Shown here: positions 29,178 through 38,059 of the stretch, one piece after another | Position numbering within the stretch: the first letter of the stretch is position 1 | Layout: each line of letters opens with the position of its first letter | Origin: Candidatus Poribacteria bacterium | Lineage (GTDB): Bacteria; Poribacteria; WGA-4E; WGA-3G | DNA: 64,000 nt | NCBI GenBank assembly: GCA_965242965.1 | Contig: OZ251518.1 | Coordinates: 1,824,001-1,888,000 of the forward strand | Direction: 5' to 3' | Made by a program: the position numbers and the translations under genes | Notes under the pieces: model-generated | What the model was told of the DNA's origin: nothing | Databases searched by the model: none | What the model saw: the letters and a program-made list of their open reading frames with translations, nothing else

Positions 29178-30170
29178 TTGACAACGTCAAAACGACCTGG
29201 GCAGGGGAGTCCTTTTGTGAGACAACCTCAAACAACCGCTAGGAAATACGAAAAAATTCAACTCATGATTGTCGGTGTGCAGAAAGCCGGCACGTCTTCG
29301 CTGCTCCGGTATTTAGCGCAGCATCCCGACATCGCCACGCATGCACAGCCGGAGATGACGTTCTTCCTCCAAGACAGGGAATATACGCGAGGCTATGAAT
29401 GGGCATTTGATAAATACTTCGCTAGAACGTTGTTACCAGAGCAACTCCCTCACAAACGTAGCGCGAGTGCCTGTTCCTCGCCATGCCGACTCATAGCGAA
29501 AAACGTGATGGTGATGCACTCGCCGGAAATCATGCAACGGATTTATGAGCATAATCCGGACATCCACCTCGTCATTCTGTTACGGGAGCCGGTGGCGCGG
29601 GCGTATTCGGCATATTGGTGGGCGCGACGCAGAGGTTGGGAAACGCTTGAAACCTTTGAGGCAGCACTCGCCGCTGAGGAAGCACGGATAGCCCAAGAAG
29701 GCTGGTTTAAATGGCGGCAGTGCGCCTATCGCCACAACAGCACTTACTACCCGCACGTCAAAAATGTGCTAGAACAGTTTGGACACGAACGGGTTCACAT
29801 CCTCTTAACCGAGGCGTTAAAGGACGACGCGCAATCGGTATGCCAAGGGCTCTTTCGCAACATCGGAGTCAACGCCGATTTCACGCCTGTCATCGGGCAA
29901 CGGCATAATACGGGCACCACGATGCCGCGTTCCGAGAAGTTCGGCTTCCTATTCACGCAATTTATGGCATCGCACAACCTGTTGCGCCGCGCAATTCGCA
30001 AATTGGTGCCGGATGCCACCGCCTATAAACTGCGAAAAGCGGTGATGAATTGGAACGAAAAATCCTTCACACCGCCGCCGATCTCGTCGCAAACGCAGGC
30101 GGAATTGGCGGCATATTTTGAGCCGTTTAATCAACAACTCAAGGCATTGTTGGAACGGGAACTCTGGTAA
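29178..30170 (+). CDS. PAPS-dependent sulfotransferase
   Basis: GVQKAGTSSL and LREPVARAYSAY; start uncertain. Confidence 0.88.
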   Translation: MTTSKRPGQGSPFVRQPQTTARKYEKIQLMIVGVQKAGTSSLLRYLAQHPDIATHAQPEMTFFLQDREYTRGYEWAFDKYFARTLLPEQLPHKRSASACSSPCRLIAKNVMVMHSPEIMQRIYEHNPDIHLVILLREPVARAYSAYWWARRRGWETLETFEAALAAEEARIAQEGWFKWRQCAYRHNSTYYPHVKNVLEQFGHERVHILLTEALKDDAQSVCQGLFRNIGVNADFTPVIGQRHNTGTTMPRSEKFGFLFTQFMASHNLLRRAIRKLVPDATAYKLRKAVMNWNEKSFTPPPISSQTQAELAAYFEPFNQQLKALLERELW

Positions 30171-30183
30171 TGCTTAGTTCAGC

Positions 30184-30454
30184 GAGGGTGTTTCATAAAT
30201 CGCTCCACGTCGCGGGGACAGGCCCCGCGCTACGGGGAAAAAACGCCGCCCCTTCACGTAGGGCGAGGGCCTGTCCCTCGCCATCGTTTTGCTGTTAGGC
30301 CGCATCCCCCCTGTAGGTCAGGATCGCCTGATCCTGACCCGTTCGAGATCGGGCGATCTCGAACTACAGAGGTGGGCCCAATGCCTTTTTCTATCGGTAT
30401 TCGCCTGTCCCCCAAGGGAGGATAAATACCGAAATGGAGTTATGAAACACCCTC
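30184..30454. mobile_element. MITE copy with degenerate target site duplication
   Basis: Same TIRs; flanks AGTTCAGC / AGTTAAGT (6/8 match). Confidence 0.75.
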
Positions 30455-30533
30455 AGTTAAGTGGAAGCGAGACCAGGAGGGCTCTCCTACTGGGGGATAT
30501 CAGAATCGGTAAGGCTCTCCTATAGGTATTGAT

Positions 30534-31883
30534 ATGGGCATCATCTATTTTCTCACGGGATACGTCGCTTTTGAAGAGTTCATGCTGAAATTCCTGCCGG
30601 TCAGCGATGCGGTTTACTCCTATCTCAGGTTCTTCGGCGAGATGCTCATCTACGCGGCGTTCGGACGCATGGTTATCCATAAACTCTATCGCGGCATCCC
30701 GTTCGTCAAAACGCCGTTGGACCTGCCCATCATCGGTTTCTATAGCGTTGTGGTGCTGTCGATGCTGATTAACCGTTCGCCGTTGATAGGAAGCCTCTAT
30801 AACATTCGCCCGTTCGCGCGCTATATCGTGCTCTTCTATGTCATCGCGAATTCACCGTTGTCCGAGAGACGGATTGCGACGCTTTTGCGGATAATCCTGG
30901 GTGTCGGCATCTTCCAACTCACGGCAGGGATAGTTCAGTGGATAGGCGGCTCCGCGGCGTTTGACTTCTTTCTCCCTCGCGAATCAACGCTTGAAGTCGG
31001 TGGGTTTACCAAAGAATACCGCTTATTAGAACTCGGCAGGGAAATTGGCAGTATTTACGGCACTTTAGGGGATACCGTAATTTACGGCGTGTTCATGATT
31101 ATCGTGCTCATCGTCTATCTCTCGCGCGTCAGGCGGTTGGAATACCTGAACCTGCTCGGTGTAGGCGTGCTATTTTTCTTTATCGCGCGCTCCTATTCCC
31201 GCGCTGCCACCTTTTCGGCGATTCTCGCGTGCGTGGCATGGTATTACTTCCAATACGGCTGGAAAAAGACGCTCCGTCTCTCTCTCACTGTCGTGATAAG
31301 TTTCAGCATTCTGCTGGCAATCGTGAATCCATTCAACTTGGAATACGTCAACCCGCGCAAAGCGAGAGTGGGTATGGCAGGCAATATCACGGGTGTCTTT
31401 TCCGGTGACTATGTGCGCGTCGCACAGAAACAGCGGCTCGGCGCGCTGATTGGGAATGTGCCCACCGTTCTCGTCAATAAACCGATTTTAGGATACGGCG
31501 CAGACCAGAATATGACGATTGAAAGACTCAACATGAGCCAACGTTCGTTCCTCCTGAAAGTGCTGAGTAAAAACGGCTTCAAAGATGTCTACTGGGTGGC
31601 GATTTTGTGTTTCTATGGGGTGTTGGGGCTCGTGCTGTTTGCGTTAATCTTTTACCGTCTCTTCACGGCGGCGTTGCGGCTCTATAGGCGCAACGTGCAC
31701 GGATACACGAAGGATATCGCCATGGTGATGCTGTGCCTCGTCGTCGTCACAGTGTTCCTGCTTTTCTTTAATCGGACGCTTGAATTCCGGGGATATGGGT
31801 TCTATTTCTGGTTGTGTGCGGGGCTCATGTTCGCCAGCGATTCGGCGTGCGAAACTTATCGAGGGTTGCGGATTCGGTTGTGA
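30534..31883 (+). CDS. Wzy polymerase / O-antigen ligase-like membrane protein
   Basis: Many TM helices; SYSRAA, PILGYG and YGVLGLVLF motifs of the Wzy_C family. Confidence 0.8.
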   Translation: MGIIYFLTGYVAFEEFMLKFLPVSDAVYSYLRFFGEMLIYAAFGRMVIHKLYRGIPFVKTPLDLPIIGFYSVVVLSMLINRSPLIGSLYNIRPFARYIVLFYVIANSPLSERRIATLLRIILGVGIFQLTAGIVQWIGGSAAFDFFLPRESTLEVGGFTKEYRLLELGREIGSIYGTLGDTVIYGVFMIIVLIVYLSRVRRLEYLNLLGVGVLFFFIARSYSRAATFSAILACVAWYYFQYGWKKTLRLSLTVVISFSILLAIVNPFNLEYVNPRKARVGMAGNITGVFSGDYVRVAQKQRLGALIGNVPTVLVNKPILGYGADQNMTIERLNMSQRSFLLKVLSKNGFKDVYWVAILCFYGVLGLVLFALIFYRLFTAALRLYRRNVHGYTKDIAMVMLCLVVVTVFLLFFNRTLEFRGYGFYFWLCAGLMFASDSACETYRGLRIRL

Positions 31884-31988
31884 ATCGCGGTAACCCGTAG
31901 TGCGAGGGCCTGTCCCTCGCGAACGCCGATTCAACCCGTAGCGCGAGGGCCTGTCCCTCGCGATCTCATGCATGTTGCGGATAAAGAA

Positions 31989-32018
31989 TTGACAACCGAT
32001 GCACTTTTGTGGTATAAT
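31989..32018 (+). promoter_or_regulatory. sigma70 promoter (internal to the polysaccharide locus)
   Basis: TTGACA-18-TATAAT with extended -10 TG. Confidence 0.6.
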
Positions 32019-32023
32019 TAATG

Positions 32024-32557
32024 GAGGGTTTTTCATATCTCGATGGTTTCCCTGTAGGAGAGCCCTCGGGGCTCGATGCAATAGCCCGGGGCAGCGGCGA
32101 CAGAAAGCCCCCCTTTATCGTAGGGCGTGGGCCTGTCCCTCGCCAGGCCTGGGTCTATCGCAGCCTCGCGGGGGACAGGCCCCCGCGCTACGGTGTCGGG
32201 CCGGTTTCTTACAGGATGAGAGGCGTTCCAACATTAGAAACGTTTGGTCCATCAAACTGCGCTTCTAGTCCGTAGGACCTAAATGTCTATAGAAAAACGT
32301 GCCACACCCTAGCAAGGTCCGTAGGACCTTAATAAGGGTTATAGGGTTGCATCGAGACCAGGAGGTCTCTCCTACGGGACGCTCGCGGGGAACAGGCCCC
32401 GCGCTACGGTAACCGGACGGTTTCTTGACAACCGAACGGGCCCTTTCCCCGTAGGGCGAGGGCCTGTCCCTCGCCATGCCTGGGTCTGTCGCAGCCTCGC
32501 GGGGGACAGGCCCCCGCGCTACGGTAACCGGACGGTTTCTTGAGTTATGAAACACCT
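32024..32557. mobile_element. Degenerate MITE copy filled with REP modules
   Basis: GAGGGTTTTTCATA ... TATGAAACACCT ends. Confidence 0.6.
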
Positions 32558-32624
32558 GCTGACAACTAGCGATTTCACGGCGACGCGGAAAATGCGAATC
32601 CGGAAATAGGCGGAGGCTCACTTT

Positions 32625-34313
32625 ATGCGCACTTTAACTCATAACATTGCGAAGATTGTCAATAATTACCTATTAGCACAGCGAGAGACAGACCCTCGTC
32701 CTACAAATATTGAGGTTATCTTTTTCGGCGGGCTGCTCCTTCTGTGCCTCATCGGATGCCACAAGCAAGCCCCGAGCCCCGATGCGCTCCGTCTAGAAAT
32801 CGACACGCGCCAAACACAACCCCTTCGCCAAGAACTCTACGGCTTCAACACCAACATGATGAGCGGGGATTATGGCTACCTTGACCCGGGTTTTGTCTCG
32901 CTGACTCAGGCACTGCGCCCGAAAACATTGCGCTTTCCCGGCGGCACCGTCGGCAATTTCTATCATTGGAAAACCGCTGGATTCGTCGAAAGCGAAATGG
33001 CGACAACGCTCAATACAAAACTTAATAAACGAAATAAGGGAAATTACGTCAAACTTCAGAGGCGGCGAAACGGAAAAATCGCCTTTGACGATTTTATGCA
33101 ACTGTGCCGCGAGTTAAGCATTACCCCCATCGTCGTCGTCAATCTCTGGACAGGAAGCCCGGAGGAGAGTGCCGAGTGGGTGCAATACGCGAAGACCAAG
33201 GGATATGAAATCGCGCACTGGGAGCTCGGCAACGAGTATTATCTGCCGCACTACGTTAACAAATATCCGACGGTAGAAACCTATATCGCGCGTGCGAAGG
33301 AACATGCTGCTGCGATGAAAGCGGTGAACCCCAATATAAAGGTTTCGGTGTGCGCCACCCCGGTCGCCTTTCACAAAGAGGGATGGCTCATCAAAACCTA
33401 TCAACGCAAGTGGGATGAAGGCTTGGCGGCGGATACCTCCTTTTACGATGCCTTCACCGTTCACGTTTACGCCTACAAAGCAGTGCGCGATGAACCCATT
33501 GAGACGATGCGCGGTTATCTCTTCGGTTGGATTCACTTCGCCGTTGACGAGGCACTTGACTATTACCAAGAGTTGTTCAATCCCGTAGGAGAGCCCTCCC
33601 GGTCTCAAGTAGGAGAGACCTCCCGGTCTCGCAAAGAAATGTGGATAACCGAATGGAACATCGCGAACCCCGGCAACCGCGTCGCAAACACGCAACTCCA
33701 CGCGATGTATGTCGGCGATTTCTTTCTGAAAATGTTGAGCATGCCAGAGGTGACACAGGCTAACTTCCATGTCATCGCGGGACCGGGCAAAGGTTTCCCT
33801 GTGTTTTCACCGATAACCCCGCCGACCCCTGGCACGTTTTGGAAATACGGAGGCGAACCTCCCGCCGCGCCCGATAATTTTGATGGAAAGGCGATAAAGC
33901 GCGCTGTCTATCCCACTTTTCAACTCATCGGCGAGGCGTTCGCGCAAGCAGATAAGCACTTTAAGTTGACACTGCACAATTTGCCAACCCTTGCGGGACA
34001 ACTGACATACAAGGGCAAACAGATGGATGGAATGCAGGCGCAAGCTGTCGGCGATGCCGAACGCTTGTTTATTCTCATCAGCAATCGGACAGGAGAAGTG
34101 CAGGTGCCGCAACTCGTGATTGACAGGAAACGATTCAAAGGAGAGGTAACGTATCGCTATGTTGCCAATGAGAATCTGGCGGCCTCAAACGGCGGGAATG
34201 CGGAGATGGAAGGTTCAGGCGGGATTGAGGTGCGCATTCAGGAATGGCGCGGGCAGGCTGACAAACTCCTCATTCCAAAAAATAGTTTCGGCGTAATTAA
34301 GGTGCAAAGGTGA
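32625..34313 (+). CDS. Clan GH-A glycoside hydrolase (GH79/GH51-like), probable lipoprotein, with in-frame REP insert
   Basis: LRFPGGT, WELGNE (acid/base), WITEWN (nucleophile) and lipobox LIGC. Confidence 0.8.
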   Translation: MRTLTHNIAKIVNNYLLAQRETDPRPTNIEVIFFGGLLLLCLIGCHKQAPSPDALRLEIDTRQTQPLRQELYGFNTNMMSGDYGYLDPGFVSLTQALRPKTLRFPGGTVGNFYHWKTAGFVESEMATTLNTKLNKRNKGNYVKLQRRRNGKIAFDDFMQLCRELSITPIVVVNLWTGSPEESAEWVQYAKTKGYEIAHWELGNEYYLPHYVNKYPTVETYIARAKEHAAAMKAVNPNIKVSVCATPVAFHKEGWLIKTYQRKWDEGLAADTSFYDAFTVHVYAYKAVRDEPIETMRGYLFGWIHFAVDEALDYYQELFNPVGEPSRSQVGETSRSRKEMWITEWNIANPGNRVANTQLHAMYVGDFFLKMLSMPEVTQANFHVIAGPGKGFPVFSPITPPTPGTFWKYGGEPPAAPDNFDGKAIKRAVYPTFQLIGEAFAQADKHFKLTLHNLPTLAGQLTYKGKQMDGMQAQAVGDAERLFILISNRTGEVQVPQLVIDRKRFKGEVTYRYVANENLAASNGGNAEMEGSGGIEVRIQEWRGQADKLLIPKNSFGVIKVQR

Positions 34314-35476
34314 AGGAGAACAAAATACTCTTCGTTGTCGGCAACAGCCGAAGCGGCACAACGATGATGGGACGTATCTTGGGCAACCACCCAGACGTTT
34401 ACACATTCGGAGAGCTGCACTTCTTTGGGCAGTTATATTCTCCGCCACGGGCATCGCAATCGGTAGGAGGGACATCCCTGTCCCGAAAAAAGGATAACTC
34501 TGAACCCGTAGGAGGGACATCCTTGTCCCGAAAAGAAGATAGCTCTGAAGCGGTAGGAGGGACATCCCTGTCCCGAAAAAAGGATAGTTCTGAATCATTG
34601 AGTGAGCCGGCAGCAGTAGAACTCGCCGCGCGACTACTCTGCATTCAGCGCGAGGGATATCGGACGCACGGAAACCCGCAGCGGTTTCGAGAAGAGGCGC
34701 GGGCGTTTTTGGATGCATTATCTGAATCCCCGGCAACACCTGCTGCACTTTTCTCAGCATTTCTCTGCCATGAAGCGGCGCAGAATGGGAAATCAATTCC
34801 GTGCGATCAGACACCTCGCAACGTGTTTTACATTGAGGACATCTTGCGGTTTTATCCGCAGGCGAAAGTTATCAATATGATTCGCGACCCTCGCGATGTC
34901 CTCTTATCGCAAAAACGGAAGTGGAAGCGCAGATTTTTGGGCGGCACCGATATGCCGCTCAGAGAGACGTTCCGCGATTGGATTAACTATCACCCGATAA
35001 CGATGAGCCGCATCTGGCACACTGCTGTCTCCGCCGCCGATAGGTTTGCCGACAGTGACAAGGTGATGTCTATTTATTTCGAGGAACTCCTCGCGCAACC
35101 CCAAGCAACGGTTCGGCAGGTGTGTGATTTCGCGGACATCGACTATGCCGACACCTTGCTTCAGGTGCCTCAAGTCGGTTCATCTTCGGGTGCGGATAAA
35201 CCGACGCAACTCGGCATCAACCCAACGCGCGCGAACAGTTGGAAGAAGGGCTCGGGTTCAGGCGAGCCTGCGCTAAGTTCGGCAGAAATTTACCTCTGCG
35301 AAACACTGAACGCACCGTTAATGAAAAAGCACAACTATTCCATCGTCTCACGCCGGCCGAACCCGGTAAGATTAGCAATCGATGTGCTTTCGTTTCCTAT
35401 GAAATTAACGATGGCGTTCCTCTGTAATCTGGACAGGATGAAGAACATCCGTGAAACCCTCAAAAGACGAATCTGA
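34310..35476 (+). CDS. Sulfotransferase (Sulfotransfer_3-like) with three in-frame REP units
   Basis: GNSRSGTT, DQTPRN and IRDPRDVLLS. Confidence 0.88.
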   Translation: MKENKILFVVGNSRSGTTMMGRILGNHPDVYTFGELHFFGQLYSPPRASQSVGGTSLSRKKDNSEPVGGTSLSRKEDSSEAVGGTSLSRKKDSSESLSEPAAVELAARLLCIQREGYRTHGNPQRFREEARAFLDALSESPATPAALFSAFLCHEAAQNGKSIPCDQTPRNVFYIEDILRFYPQAKVINMIRDPRDVLLSQKRKWKRRFLGGTDMPLRETFRDWINYHPITMSRIWHTAVSAADRFADSDKVMSIYFEELLAQPQATVRQVCDFADIDYADTLLQVPQVGSSSGADKPTQLGINPTRANSWKKGSGSGEPALSSAEIYLCETLNAPLMKKHNYSIVSRRPNPVRLAIDVLSFPMKLTMAFLCNLDRMKNIRETLKRRI

Positions 35477-35587
35477 AAGAAATCTTTTTTTACTAATGCA
35501 AGCTTGCGCCAACGGCGCAAGCGGAACTAGTAAGATGACGGTATTGTCTCAGAAACCTTTACCGTTCGCTTTGCGCCAATACGAAAA

Positions 35588-36640
35588 ATGATAGCACAAT
35601 TGGACCGGCTTTACATCAAAACGCGCCCGACGAAGATGCTGACGCGTCTGATGAGCTACGCGCTCTTCGAGGGCCGTCCCGTGACGACAAAGGGCCGCTG
35701 GATAAACCCGCTTGTCTTTTCGTTGTTGAAAACGGTATCAGAAACGCCGGTAGGTGCGCAACTTTGTGAAAAGTGGAAGCGCGCCGTAGAAAAACCCATC
35801 TTCATCTTGGGAACCGGCCGGAGCGGCTCAACGATTTTAGGCATTGTGCTCTCAATGCACCGGCATGTCGGGTATCTGAACGAACCGAAGGCAATGTGGC
35901 ACCTCATCCATCCGAACGAAGATATCATCGGCAACTATAGCAGTGCCGAGGCGAAGTATCGCCTCACGGCGGAAGATGCCACGGATGCAATGAAGCACCG
36001 CGCGCATCGGTTGTTCGGTGCTTACTTAGCAAGCACGTTCTCGCATCGCGTCGTTGACAAGTATCCGGAACTCATCTTCCGAGTCGATTTTGTGCGCGCC
36101 CTTTTCCCCGATGCCCGGTTTATCTTTCTGGTGCGGAACGGCTGGGATACGTGTCACTCTATTGCAACCTGGTCAGAACGGTTGGGCGTTCGCGTCAACG
36201 GCGAAACACACGACTGGTGGGGGGTGGAGGACCGGAAGTGGCATCTCTTAGTCAAGCAACTCGTTGAGCCAGAACCGCTTTTCCACGGAGGAATCGCGGA
36301 GATTCAACATTTCGATCGACATTTAGACAGAGCTATGGTAGAATGGATAGTCACGATGCGAGAGGGGCTTCGGTTAATAGAAACCGAACCGGATGCTGTC
36401 CATCAGGTTCGGTTTGAGGAGTTGACATTGAACCCAGACGCAACGCTTGCGAGGCTGTGTGACTTCTGTGAACTGCCTGTGGATGCGCGGTTTCTCCATT
36501 ATGCGCGTGAGACGTTACGTCCGGTGCCGCCGCGCGAACCGTTTGAGGCGCATCCGCAACTCGCGCCGATTTTTCATGAAACGATGACACGTTTAGGATA
36601 TAATCATCAACAATCGACACCGGGCTCTCTCATATTTTAG
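35588..36640 (+). CDS. Sulfotransferase (Sulfotransfer_3-like)
   Basis: PIFILGTGRSGSTIL, DKYP, VRNGWD and RFEEL. Confidence 0.88.
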   Translation: MIAQLDRLYIKTRPTKMLTRLMSYALFEGRPVTTKGRWINPLVFSLLKTVSETPVGAQLCEKWKRAVEKPIFILGTGRSGSTILGIVLSMHRHVGYLNEPKAMWHLIHPNEDIIGNYSSAEAKYRLTAEDATDAMKHRAHRLFGAYLASTFSHRVVDKYPELIFRVDFVRALFPDARFIFLVRNGWDTCHSIATWSERLGVRVNGETHDWWGVEDRKWHLLVKQLVEPEPLFHGGIAEIQHFDRHLDRAMVEWIVTMREGLRLIETEPDAVHQVRFEELTLNPDATLARLCDFCELPVDARFLHYARETLRPVPPREPFEAHPQLAPIFHETMTRLGYNHQQSTPGSLIF

Positions 36641-36729
36641 GGAGATTATCGAAAGTATGTCTCCATATCAGAAGATATTTCCACTGAACCGAAGAGTCTT
36701 TAGCGATAATTCCAAAAATGCTAAAAAAT

Positions 36730-36758
36730 TTGACATCCGATGCAAAATATGGTATAAT
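36730..36758 (+). promoter_or_regulatory. Consensus sigma70 promoter
   Basis: TTGACA-17-TATAAT with extended -10 TG. Confidence 0.75.
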
Positions 36759-36837
36759 ATTAAAAAACGTTCGGAGAAAAAACGCGATGTTTGACGATTT
36801 CTCCGATTGACAATCAGAAAATGATAGGAGATGAACG

Positions 36838-37410
36838 ATGCTAAAAATTCAGATAACCCTATTGGCTATTTTAATCGGCGGTCTTGCCTTTGTATCCTGC
36901 GACCGCGTCCAGCAGATGTCGCAACCAGTTTTACCGGATGAGGATGCGATGGATCCCGGTGTGCAAGAGACTCTTGTCGTTATTAACGAACTAATGGCCT
37001 CCAACTCCGATAGTTTCGCCGACCCGCAAGGGGAATATGACGACTGGCTTGAGTTGCACAACCTCACCGATGAGGCAGTGCTGCTCACGGGGATGTACCT
37101 CACGGACAAAGAGGACGATCTCAGGAAATGGGAATTTCCCGAAAATACTGAGATTCCACCAAATGGGTACTTGATTGTGTGGTTAGATGAAGATGAAAAT
37201 GCGCCCACAGGGTTGCATGCCAACTTCAAACTGGCCCGCGGTGGCGAAACCGTCATGCTCGTGGATACTGATGCGCGCAGCAATCAGGTCCTAGATGCAA
37301 TCACTTTTGGCGAACAGGAGAAAGACACTTCCTTCGGACGCTGGCCGAATGGGACAGGCACTTTCCAAGTGGTTCAAATGACCCCCGGGGCACAAAACAT
37401 GTCTAATTAA
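36838..37410 (+). CDS. Lamin-tail-domain lipoprotein
   Basis: Lipobox FVSC; VVINELMASN, DWLELHN and TPGAQN. Confidence 0.85.
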   Translation: MLKIQITLLAILIGGLAFVSCDRVQQMSQPVLPDEDAMDPGVQETLVVINELMASNSDSFADPQGEYDDWLELHNLTDEAVLLTGMYLTDKEDDLRKWEFPENTEIPPNGYLIVWLDEDENAPTGLHANFKLARGGETVMLVDTDARSNQVLDAITFGEQEKDTSFGRWPNGTGTFQVVQMTPGAQNMSN

Positions 37411-37652
37411 ACGATTAACCGCAACGACGACGAAATCAACCAGAGGCATTTCGGTTCGGTTTTGATGTCACCACAGAAAATTGACAACGTGTCCGCCTCC
37501 TGTCCGTGGAGATTCGGTTGAACTTGCCCTGTTTGCGACAGGCGAGCGCAAACGACAGATATGGGCCAACTGAATGCCTATGGGTTAATTTCACAGCGCG
37601 CCGTTTTTGTGGTATCGTTAAGTCTGAATTCCGCAGAAATTGTCACTTTAAT

Positions 37653-37681
37653 TTGACACCGTGCATTTTTCGTGGTATAAT
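37653..37681 (+). promoter_or_regulatory. Consensus sigma70 promoter
   Basis: TTGACA-17-TATAAT with extended -10 TG. Confidence 0.75.
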
Positions 37682-38059
37682 TAACTGCAACGATTAAAGT
37701 TTGGACAATTTACGCAAACGCGCGGCGGGGTGAACAATTGCAGCCGATCTGCACACGGTTCCATCCCCGCATAAGAAAGGATGCCGTTTTCTCGCGAGTC
37801 ACCGTTCAACGACTCAAAAATGGAGGTAGTCAACTTGCAGTGTCGGAAACCATCGAGACTCGGTACTGCAACTCCATAGAATTTCTTCGTGATGATAGCC
37901 GCTTTTTTAGGGCATCCTTATGCTCCAAGTTGGTTTCTTTGCCAACTACCAAGGAAACCAAGTCGCAGAATATTTCCACTGCTGCTTGATAAAGCGGCAA
38001 GAAACTTGATGCAAATTGTCCAAAGTTTAGCAATTTCAAACTAAAGGTGTATAAATCTC

